Sequence record: OZ035752.1
Strand: one strand, 5' to 3'
Source: Kagunavirus LF7074P1
Length of the DNA: 41,072 nt
Below are positions 17,591 to 25,930 of this stretch, one piece after another. Under the pieces are notes generated by a model. It ran no database searches. It was not told the origin of the DNA and worked only from the letters and a program-made list of their open reading frames with translations. Made by a program: the position numbers and the translations under genes. Every line of letters starts with the position of its first letter. Positions within the stretch are counted from its first letter, which is position 1.

Positions 17591-20136
17591 TCCTGCACTA
17601 CACGCGAAACGCTGATGGAGCTTTCGACCGTACAAAACACGTCGGGATGCCGATGGAGTTTGTCGTTAACCGTATCCCTGACGGCGTGCCGGTGCGCGTC
17701 TACCTCGGCGAGATTGGTGATGATACCGACGTAACTGACGACTTCGACGCACTCAAAGACGAAGACGCTGTGTACCACATTATTGAGGGTGCGGGTAGCG
17801 GGGCGCTCGGTGCGGTTAGTAAGGTGTTTGGTTTTATCCTTAAGCCAATCGCCAAGTTGTTTGGCCTGAACACGGCCGCCAACGCCAACTACACGGCGAC
17901 TAACAACCAGACAACATCGCCTAATAACAGTCTCACAGACCGCTCAAACAAACCACGCCCTTACGAGCGCTCTTATGACATCTGCGGGACTGTGCAGACA
18001 ATCCCTAACGACCTGATGCAGACGTATAAAGCGTTCAACTCCACGGGTGCTTTGCTGGAGTATTCGTATTATGACGCGGGGCGCGGGCATCTGCATATTG
18101 AGGCTGATGGCGTAACGGAAGGCGACACCCTGATAAGCGACATCACAGGCTCCTCTGTAGCCGTGTATGCGCCGTATACTTCCCCGAACAACACCGCATC
18201 GCCCCAACTACAAATCGGCGACGTCATTGACCAGAAACTCTATGTGACATACTCCAACGACGACGTTGACGGTATTGTGCTGAAAGCGCCAAACGACATC
18301 GGAGCTAACCCAAGCGCCGACGGCACGGCTAAACGTATTTCAAACACCGGCTACATTTATGACCCGTCCGGCGACTCTGCTTTTTCTGAGTTTCTTAGCG
18401 TCGGTGATGTCGCGGTGTTGAGCAACTTTGACGTTGCTGATGTCACTAACCTGAACGGCTCGTTTGAGGTTTTATACGTTGACGACTTCGAAGTAAGATT
18501 AGCCGTAAACGGGGCGTCTAACTGGGCCGCGTTGACTAGCGGGCAGACGTACACGCTAACAGAGCGTTCAGATACGTTTATCGGCCCGAGCAACACCTAC
18601 GACGTATCCCTTACAGACTGGTATTACATGGTGCGTGGGGAAGTCGACCGTGTGCTCGCTAACGTAGCCGGGCAGAACGGCCTCTACAAATACGACGGCG
18701 GCTACAACCGCACCAGCGTAACCGTAGAACTCCAGTACCAGATGATTGATTCTCAGCGTAACCCGTTGAGCGATATCTACACGGTACAGGCCACAATTAC
18801 CGGTAACAATACCGACTACGTCGGCACGTCTATTTACGGGCAGTTACCGACAGCATCGCGCTTCCGCGCCCGTATGCGCCGTATAACGAATTTCGATAAG
18901 GATTACGACGGAACGGTAAGTGACGAAATAACATTCATCAACCTGTACGGGCAATCACTTGACACCACCCCCCACTACGGCAATAGGACAACGGTGCATT
19001 GCGCCCGTAAACAGACGCCGCGTGCGGCCAGTATAGACAACCCGGAACTGCGCATGATTGCAACCGAGATGTGTTACAAATATCTAGGTAACGGCGTATT
19101 TGATAGCGTAATGACACCGAACACCCGGGCCGTGCAGTCGCTAATCAGACTGGCTCGAGACCCTGCGGTGGGTAATCTGGAACTGACAACGGCAAATATG
19201 GATAAGTTACTCGCTGTGCAGGAAGAAATTGAGTCCTATTTTGGCAGCGAATTAGCCGGACAATTCTGCTACACGTTCGACGACTACGACACCACGATGC
19301 AGGACGTCGTTCAGACTATAGCGGAAGCCGTGTTCTGTACTGCGTACCGTAAAGGCGCGGATATTATGCTGCGATTCGACCGTCCGGTTGCGGGGCCTGA
19401 AATGGTGTTCACCCACCGCAGCAAAACTACCGGTACAGAGAAATGGACCCGCACGTTCAACGATTCGACAACCTACGATAGCCTGTCGTTCTCGTACATC
19501 GACCCGGATACTAATGTACAGGAAACGATTTATATCCCGGAAGAACTCGGGGCAAATACAGAGGAATACGAATCGAAGGGCGTACGTAACTATCAGCAGG
19601 CGTATTGGCTGGCGTGGCGTCGCTATCAGCGCAATGCGTTAAGTAAAGTTGTCGTAGAGTTTGAAGCTACCGAAGAAGGTGCGCTCGCTACTCCAGGCGG
19701 TGTAATCAGCGTAGTTAAAGGCTCGCGTATTGCGCCACAGGACGGCTATGTTATTGCCGTTAATGGGCTTACGCTGACACTGTCGCAGCCTGTTACGTTC
19801 ACCCCCGGCGATGACCACTCCATCATTCTTAAGAAGCGCGACGGCTCTGTGCAGAGTATCTCTGTTATCAAAGGAAGCCACGACCGCGAAGTGATTATGC
19901 TTTCTGCCCCAGAGGAAGCAATCTACACAGGGAATAGCGCACTAAAAACTGAGTTTTCATTCGGCAACGAAGCAAGGCATAATGCTCAGAAGATAGTTGT
20001 TTCTTCAATCGACCCTGGCGACGACCGCACGGTCAAGATTACTGGCTACAACTATGACGACGGATTCTACAAATACGACGGCGTCGCGCCATACGGCAGC
20101 GGTTTCTCCGACGGATTCAGCAATGGTTTTAATTAA
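17581..20136 (+). CDS. tail tip / central fibre protein (J-like, putative)
   Basis: 851-aa ORF (TTG at 17581, first ATG 17647) between K-like gene and tailspike. Confidence 0.55.
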   Translation: MAIILHYTRNADGAFDRTKHVGMPMEFVVNRIPDGVPVRVYLGEIGDDTDVTDDFDALKDEDAVYHIIEGAGSGALGAVSKVFGFILKPIAKLFGLNTAANANYTATNNQTTSPNNSLTDRSNKPRPYERSYDICGTVQTIPNDLMQTYKAFNSTGALLEYSYYDAGRGHLHIEADGVTEGDTLISDITGSSVAVYAPYTSPNNTASPQLQIGDVIDQKLYVTYSNDDVDGIVLKAPNDIGANPSADGTAKRISNTGYIYDPSGDSAFSEFLSVGDVAVLSNFDVADVTNLNGSFEVLYVDDFEVRLAVNGASNWAALTSGQTYTLTERSDTFIGPSNTYDVSLTDWYYMVRGEVDRVLANVAGQNGLYKYDGGYNRTSVTVELQYQMIDSQRNPLSDIYTVQATITGNNTDYVGTSIYGQLPTASRFRARMRRITNFDKDYDGTVSDEITFINLYGQSLDTTPHYGNRTTVHCARKQTPRAASIDNPELRMIATEMCYKYLGNGVFDSVMTPNTRAVQSLIRLARDPAVGNLELTTANMDKLLAVQEEIESYFGSELAGQFCYTFDDYDTTMQDVVQTIAEAVFCTAYRKGADIMLRFDRPVAGPEMVFTHRSKTTGTEKWTRTFNDSTTYDSLSFSYIDPDTNVQETIYIPEELGANTEEYESKGVRNYQQAYWLAWRRYQRNALSKVVVEFEATEEGALATPGGVISVVKGSRIAPQDGYVIAVNGLTLTLSQPVTFTPGDDHSIILKKRDGSVQSISVIKGSHDREVIMLSAPEEAIYTGNSALKTEFSFGNEARHNAQKIVVSSIDPGDDRTVKITGYNYDDGFYKYDGVAPYGSGFSDGFSNGFN

Positions 20137-20148
20137 AGAGGACTCTAT

Positions 20149-23103
20149 ATGTCAAGCGGATGCGGTGACGTTTTAAGCCTGGCGGATTTACAAACCGCCA
20201 AGAAACATCAGATTTTCGAGGCCGAGGTTATCACTGGCAAATCCGGCGGTGTCGCCGGTGGTGCCGATATTGATTACGCGACAAATCAGGTTACTGGACA
20301 GACACAGAAGACGTTACCTGCCGTGTTGCGTGATGCTGGTTTTAAACTGGCAGATTTTGATTTCACGTCAGGCGGTACACTATCCGCTAACGACCGAAAC
20401 ACCGCAGTTTTGTGGCCGTCGTCCTCTGGCGGTGACGGGGATTGGTACTATTGGTTGGGTGCTCTACCAAAAATTATCCCAGCGTCATCTTCTCCGCAGT
20501 CCACCGGTGGCGTGGCAGATGGGGCGTGGCAGCCTGTCGGGTCGGTCATACTGCGGCAGCAAATATCAGATGTAAACGGTGCAATTCTGTACCCAGATTT
20601 ACATGTGGCGCGATGGAAGGACGAATACGACCCGCGCGCATGGGGCGCCGTGGGCGACGGCGTAACTGATGATACTCAATCTATTTTTAATGTATTAGCA
20701 GCTTCCCCCAACAATTGGATTATAGACGGCAGGGGTTTGACTTATAAAGTTTCCCAATTACCTGACATTAGTAAATTTAATAATGCTGCATTCGTTTACG
20801 AGCGCGTAGCCGGGCAACCGCTTACTTATGTAGCTGATGGCTTCTTTAACGGCTCACTAACTAAGGTGACGGATACCCCGTTCTACAACGCATGGACGCA
20901 GGATAAAACTTTCGTCTACGACCATGTTATTTACGCCCCGTTTATGGCGGGCGAACGACATGGTGTTAAAAACTTACATGTAGCTTGGGTTCGCTCTGGA
21001 GACGACGGGCAGACTTGGTCAATGCCTGAGTGGTTGACTCCAATCCATGCTGACTATAATGCTAGTGTTTCTACGGACAGAGTTAACTACCACTGCATGA
21101 GCATGGGTACGTGCGGCAACCGATTATATGCAGTTATAGAAACTCGCTACTTATCTAATATGCGGATGAAGAAGGCAGAACTTTGGTCACGCCCAATGCC
21201 GTATTTTAGACACCCAACCGGCGGAATAACTATTAGTTCTGGCTCCACTACTGCTACCATTGTCATAGAAAATCATGGCCTAAAAGCAGGAGATGCGGTT
21301 AACTTCTCTAATACATCGGCAACTGGCGTATCGGGTAATATGACGGTTTCGTCTATAATTAACCGAAATACGTTCACTGTTACGCTCTCAAGCCCGGCGA
21401 GTTCCACCATAAACAATGCGGGTGTTACCTGGAACTTCGCAACGCGATTCTGGGACAGCCCGTGGGAAATTACCGAATTGCCTGAGGTAGCATACTCCAC
21501 TAATGCTGATTTGTGTGTCACGGAGACACATAGTTTTGCGGTTATAGATGATGTTAACTACACTATCGCTGTCGGCTATCACAACGGCGATGTGTCCCCT
21601 AGGCGTCTCGGTGTCTTGTATTTTAGTAACGTGTATGACAATCCTGGCGTATTCGTTCGTCGCACTGTCGCTCAGGCATACGCTGATAACGCTTCTGAGC
21701 CGTGCGTGAAAAGTTATGGTGGTGTGTTATACCTTACCACACGCGGCACATTACCTACTTCCCCTGGCTCTACACTGGCGATGAGCGCCGATTCTGGGCA
21801 AAACTGGAGCTACTTGCGATTTCCGAACAATGTACATCACTCCAATCTTCCGTTCGCTAAAGTAGGTGACTATCTCTACATCTTTGGTACAGAACGTGCC
21901 TTTGGTGAGTGGGAAGGTGGCGAGCAGGACAGCCGCTATGAAGGTTCGTATCCGAGGACCTTTATGTGCAAAGTTAATGTGTCGTCCTGGCCTTCATCTT
22001 TAGATGATGTTCAGTGGTTTAATATTACCGACCAAATATACCAGGGTCATATCGTTAACTCTGCTGTCGGCGTCGGCTCGGTCTGTGTTAAAGATGGCTG
22101 GTTGTACTATATCTTTGGTGGGGAAGACTTCTTCTCTCCCTGGAGCATAGGGGATAACAGTGCGAAGTTATGGTACAAACATGATGGGCATCCGGCTGAC
22201 TTATATAGCTACCGGATAAAGATTGAAGACCACCCGTACGTATCACGTGATTTCAAATACGGAGCAACTCCTAACCGTACAATACCTGTCGCCATGGGGG
22301 TAGATGGTGTACGCCATGTAGAAGCACCTTTAACGTTTGACAATGATGTAAGCGTGTACTCCCTGCATGTAACGGGGCTGGAATACGATGGTACACAACA
22401 GTCTGCCGTGCGCGCACGGTTTGATGGTGATTACGGGCTGATTTCAAAAACAGTCCCCACTAAAACCCCATCGGGTCAAAGACTGATAGTTAGCGGTGGT
22501 GATGGTGCATCCAGTTCCGATGGTGCGTTGCTGCAACTGTACGGGGCAAACCATGCAACGCCTAACAGGGCTATTATGTATGCGTCAGGAGGCTTCTACT
22601 CATACAACAATTTTCTTCCTTACTTAGACTCGCAAGTGTCTTTAGGTTCGGCAGGTAATAGGTGGACTACGGTGTACGCGGCCACCGGTACGATAAACAC
22701 GTCTGATGGTACACTTAAGACGGACAAAGAGGAAATTGAGGGACAACTCCTTACCGCATGGGAGGATATACATGTAATATCTTTTAAGTGGCTTGAAAGC
22801 CTAGCAATCAAGGGTGACACTGCAAGGATACACTTCGGTGTGATAGCCCAAGATGTGCGAGACATCTTGGTCAACCATGGGCTTATGGAGAAAGATTCTA
22901 CCGATTGTAAATATGCTTTCTTGTGCTACGACTCAATTGAAGCTGCGTATGATATTGATGAAGATGGCCAGACTGTACAAGTATCCCCTCCCGGCGGCAG
23001 ATGGGGGGTTAGGGCGGACCAGATGTTCTTCATAGAGATTGCCTATCAGCGTAAGAAGATGCGCGAGTTCGAGAAGAGGCTGGCAGCACTAGAAGATAAA
23101 TAA
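20149..23103 (+). CDS. tailspike with sialidase-like Asp-boxes and C-terminal intramolecular chaperone-like domain
   Basis: 984 aa; RBS AGAGGA; Asp-boxes SGDDGQTW (20995-21018) and SADSGQNW (21784-21807); GAVGDGVTDD motif; C-terminal TSDGTLK segment (about 22699-22719) as in autoproteolytic S74-type chaperone domains. Confidence 0.75.
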   Translation: MSSGCGDVLSLADLQTAKKHQIFEAEVITGKSGGVAGGADIDYATNQVTGQTQKTLPAVLRDAGFKLADFDFTSGGTLSANDRNTAVLWPSSSGGDGDWYYWLGALPKIIPASSSPQSTGGVADGAWQPVGSVILRQQISDVNGAILYPDLHVARWKDEYDPRAWGAVGDGVTDDTQSIFNVLAASPNNWIIDGRGLTYKVSQLPDISKFNNAAFVYERVAGQPLTYVADGFFNGSLTKVTDTPFYNAWTQDKTFVYDHVIYAPFMAGERHGVKNLHVAWVRSGDDGQTWSMPEWLTPIHADYNASVSTDRVNYHCMSMGTCGNRLYAVIETRYLSNMRMKKAELWSRPMPYFRHPTGGITISSGSTTATIVIENHGLKAGDAVNFSNTSATGVSGNMTVSSIINRNTFTVTLSSPASSTINNAGVTWNFATRFWDSPWEITELPEVAYSTNADLCVTETHSFAVIDDVNYTIAVGYHNGDVSPRRLGVLYFSNVYDNPGVFVRRTVAQAYADNASEPCVKSYGGVLYLTTRGTLPTSPGSTLAMSADSGQNWSYLRFPNNVHHSNLPFAKVGDYLYIFGTERAFGEWEGGEQDSRYEGSYPRTFMCKVNVSSWPSSLDDVQWFNITDQIYQGHIVNSAVGVGSVCVKDGWLYYIFGGEDFFSPWSIGDNSAKLWYKHDGHPADLYSYRIKIEDHPYVSRDFKYGATPNRTIPVAMGVDGVRHVEAPLTFDNDVSVYSLHVTGLEYDGTQQSAVRARFDGDYGLISKTVPTKTPSGQRLIVSGGDGASSSDGALLQLYGANHATPNRAIMYASGGFYSYNNFLPYLDSQVSLGSAGNRWTTVYAATGTINTSDGTLKTDKEEIEGQLLTAWEDIHVISFKWLESLAIKGDTARIHFGVIAQDVRDILVNHGLMEKDSTDCKYAFLCYDSIEAAYDIDEDGQTVQVSPPGGRWGVRADQMFFIEIAYQRKKMREFEKRLAALEDK

Positions 23104-23107
23104 AACT

Positions 23108-23130
23108 AAGGCCCCAAACGGGGCCTTTTC
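23108..23130. terminator. bidirectional intrinsic terminator
   Basis: AAGGCCCC-AAAC-GGGGCCTT followed by TTTTC; between convergent tailspike and replication genes. Confidence 0.75.
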
Positions 23131-23131
23131 T

Positions 23132-23269
23132 CTACTCTTCTGATAGCTTCTCCAGTACAAACGCCAGTTGTGCATTAGCGGCATCCCTCTGTTGTCGTAG
23201 TCGTAGAACCTCCTCTTCAAGTTCCTTGATACGTTTTTGCAATGCCGGAATCGAGGCTATGATGTTCAT
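23132..23269 (-). CDS. hypothetical small coiled-coil protein (45 aa)
   Basis: not in ORF track; ATGA start/stop overlap with upstream TOPRIM gene; ends at terminator. Confidence 0.35.
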   Translation of the reverse strand: MNIIASIPALQKRIKELEEEVLRLRQQRDAANAQLAFVLEKLSEE

Positions 23270-23781
23270 TTAACAAATTTCCTCGCAAGGTAGGTTATCT
23301 CTTCTTCACAAAGCTCATCAAGGTCGTTTGACACAAATCCTCTGGAGAATGTTCTGCTAAATTTTAAACCAGCTTTATCATTATCTCCGGCGCACACCCA
23401 ATCATACGGCAAAAGTGACATTTGCTGCCGTAGGTCTGCAGGTATACCCGACCCCAGTGCGCTTACTGCATGGAATCCGCAATTCATCAAGGCGACAGCT
23501 TTGAATATGCTTTCTGTAACAAATACTACACCGTCGCTTGGTAAATATTCCAACCCCCATAAGCAAGGTCTTGTTGTTCGGGTAAAATACCGCGCATCCT
23601 TTGGGTTCTTGCAGTTCTTTTCAGCATGTGGCTTGTAATGCTGGTACCCGCGTAGCCTACCGTCAAAACCCCACAAGTAGAATGTGGCAACGCCATGGGC
23701 TAAGACTACACGGAGACGGTCGGCGTCAAACCCACGCGCCAGCAGATGCGCCTTAAGTAGTAACTCCTCGCAATCCATCAT
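23266..23781 (-). CDS. TOPRIM-domain protein
   Basis: 171 aa; TESIFKA (Glu) and GDNDKAG (DxD) motifs; ATGA overlap with helicase gene. Confidence 0.55.
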   Translation of the reverse strand: MMDCEELLLKAHLLARGFDADRLRVVLAHGVATFYLWGFDGRLRGYQHYKPHAEKNCKNPKDARYFTRTTRPCLWGLEYLPSDGVVFVTESIFKAVALMNCGFHAVSALGSGIPADLRQQMSLLPYDWVCAGDNDKAGLKFSRTFSRGFVSNDLDELCEEEITYLARKFVK

Positions 23782-25208
23782 TTCTTACCTCGTCTCTTCA
23801 TATAATTAAGTAGTTCATCCTGTACAGACCTTTTCTCGTCTGTGCGCGCGGCGACAACTTCATCAAGAGTATCTCGGGCTATTATTTGATAAATGAATAC
23901 AGACCGTTTGTACCCAGACTGCATCTGCCTTACCGGACCTATGCGCTCGATAACCTGCAGATAATGTTCCAGGTTCCACCCCTGACTCATAAAGGCCATG
24001 TGATGTCCGCCGTGTTGTAGCGACAGCCCGTGGCCCGCGGAGGCCGGGTGTATCAGGAGCATAGGTATCTCCCCACGGTTCCACGCGTCCATCTGCTTAT
24101 TACCCTTAGCACCTTTGGCAAACGCCTGTGCCTGCGGGAATCGCTTAAGGATGCGCTCCAGTTCGTGCTTGAACTGATAGGCTACCAGTAATGGCGCACC
24201 CTGCAACTCCTCAACAATGGACTCAAGCGCATCCAGTTTCGTGTCGTGCACCTTCTCCCAGTCTTTCGTTGCTTCGCCATCAGGCCCCGACACATACACG
24301 GCACCAGATGCAATTTGCAGGCACTTAGACGTCTTCGCCGCAGCGTTAGCCGCTTCAACTTCTCCGCTCTCCAGCTCCGCGAATAGCTTCTCCTCCATAT
24401 CGAGGTACGCCTGCCGCGCTTTCTTCGGCAGGTCGATTTCAACCGGTACGATAACAGGCGCTTCACACCCAAACCACTCTGCGGCGTCAATCGTGAGACT
24501 AATGTCTTTCATCTTCTGGTGGATTTCATTATCCGCACCAGGACGCGCATGATACTCCCGCGCCATCGCCGACTTACCTTTTTGCACAGAGTTGAACCAG
24601 CGGTCGGTGAACGCAGTGTACGATGAACCGAGGCGCTCGCCAGCGTCGATAAACCAGTTCTGGCCCCACAGGTCTTTGAGGCCGTTAGGCGACGGTGTGC
24701 CCGTCAGATTGATGAAACGCTTAACTTTACCGAACGCCACTTTGCTGAGCGCCTTTGCCCGCTTGCTACCACCAGAACGGCTACGGAATGACTTCAGTTT
24801 CGTACTCTCATCCGCAACGATAACCGTAAAAGGCCAGTCGTCTTTGCCGTAGTAGTCAATCAGCCACTCGATAACTTCGTAGTTGGTACACACCACGTTA
24901 GCATCTGACTCCAGCGCCGCGATGCGGCGCTTCTCTGAACCTGTTGCATCTACGACACTCAGACATGGGAAGTCCCAACGTGCCTGTTCTGCAGGCCACG
25001 TACCGGAAGCAACACGTAAAGGAGCCAGAATTAACACGCGGTCGTCATCATTAAGTTGGCCGTTGCGGAACAGTCGGTTGAGTACCCACAACGTTGCGGA
25101 ACTTTTGCCCGCGCCCATCGAAGCCCAAATATTACAGCGAGGATGCCGCAGCATGAATGAAGTCATGAGCTTTTGGTACTCTCGACGGATAAATTTAGAC
25201 ATAATCAA
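23778..25208 (-). CDS. SF2 helicase (SNF2-like)
   Basis: 476 aa; motif I ASMGAGKSS; motif II VADEST. Confidence 0.75.
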   Translation of the reverse strand: MIMSKFIRREYQKLMTSFMLRHPRCNIWASMGAGKSSATLWVLNRLFRNGQLNDDDRVLILAPLRVASGTWPAEQARWDFPCLSVVDATGSEKRRIAALESDANVVCTNYEVIEWLIDYYGKDDWPFTVIVADESTKLKSFRSRSGGSKRAKALSKVAFGKVKRFINLTGTPSPNGLKDLWGQNWFIDAGERLGSSYTAFTDRWFNSVQKGKSAMAREYHARPGADNEIHQKMKDISLTIDAAEWFGCEAPVIVPVEIDLPKKARQAYLDMEEKLFAELESGEVEAANAAAKTSKCLQIASGAVYVSGPDGEATKDWEKVHDTKLDALESIVEELQGAPLLVAYQFKHELERILKRFPQAQAFAKGAKGNKQMDAWNRGEIPMLLIHPASAGHGLSLQHGGHHMAFMSQGWNLEHYLQVIERIGPVRQMQSGYKRSVFIYQIIARDTLDEVVAARTDEKRSVQDELLNYMKRRGKK

Positions 25209-25399
25209 CCCTTAATGTAGAGTACCAGCTCTTTACGCCCGAACGCCGTAACGTTACCCGTTACATCTTCGATAACCAGTTTACCGTTTGACTCGACGTA
25301 CACCGTATCAACGGCAACAGGGTGGCGGGTCTTAACGTTGAAAATCATATCGCCAGGTACGATGTCACGTGCTGGTTTGCGGTCATATTCGTGTTTCAT
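25205..25399 (-). CDS. hypothetical protein (64 aa)
   Basis: RBS AAGGA; ATGA overlap with helicase gene. Confidence 0.5.
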   Translation of the reverse strand: MKHEYDRKPARDIVPGDMIFNVKTRHPVAVDTVYVESNGKLVIEDVTGNVTAFGRKELVLYIKG

Positions 25400-25429
25400 T
25401 TCTCAATTCCTTATATTGTTGGTGTGTGA

Positions 25430-25717
25430 TTAACTATAATAGCCCGCTATTAGGTCGTCAACCTGTTTAAACGAACCAACGACAAAAACATTTGCACCAC
25501 GTTTACGCATCCGCTCGTGCTCTCGTAACTGGTGCGGGTCCGGCTTCGTGTTTTCGTCTTTCTTAACCTCGACGAACCAGATGATGCCACCAGGGAGAAT
25601 TACCAGCAGGTCGGGGGCGCCCGCTCTATTTTCGTACGACAATTTGCGTACGAGGCCTCCCAGGGCCTCGAATCGCTCTTTTGCGTATTTCTGCACGCGC
25701 CCCTCAGGCGTACTCAT
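25430..25717 (-). CDS. VRR-NUC domain nuclease (putative)
   Basis: 95 aa; PD-(D/E)xK-type residues in APDLLVI..FVEVKK. Confidence 0.6.
   Translation of the reverse strand: MSTPEGRVQKYAKERFEALGGLVRKLSYENRAGAPDLLVILPGGIIWFVEVKKDENTKPDPHQLREHERMRKRGANVFVVGSFKQVDDLIAGYYS
25433..25461 (-). promoter_or_regulatory. sigma70-like promoter with palindromic operator
   Basis: minus-strand TTGACG-17 bp-TATAGT; operator AATAG-N4-CTATT at 25438-25451; overlaps 3' end of VRR-NUC gene. Confidence 0.5.
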
Positions 25718-25798
25718 CTATACACCCCTCCCGTTTCGTATGCGCGATACCGCAGCGAGGGCAGATTCGACAGTCTTCTTCATATAACCAGTAAATTT

Positions 25799-25930
25799 TC
25801 ATTCCAGCACCCACAGATAAATTGCGATGAATATACCCAATACGGCAACCATCATGCCGTACTGACCCTCATGACAGTAAACACCGGCGGCGAATCCAGC
25901 CAGTACCGCGATAATCAGTTTACTTAGCAT
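25799..25930 (-). CDS. hypothetical small hydrophobic protein (43 aa)
   Basis: not in ORF track; start overlaps last codons of polymerase gene; two hydrophobic stretches. Confidence 0.3.
   Translation of the reverse strand: MLSKLIIAVLAGFAAGVYCHEGQYGMMVAVLGIFIAIYLWVLE

Noticed and set aside
25532-25927. 131-aa plus-strand ORF
   Set aside because: Antisense to the VRR-NUC gene and small downstream ORF; minus-strand genes here have RBSs and start/stop coupling.
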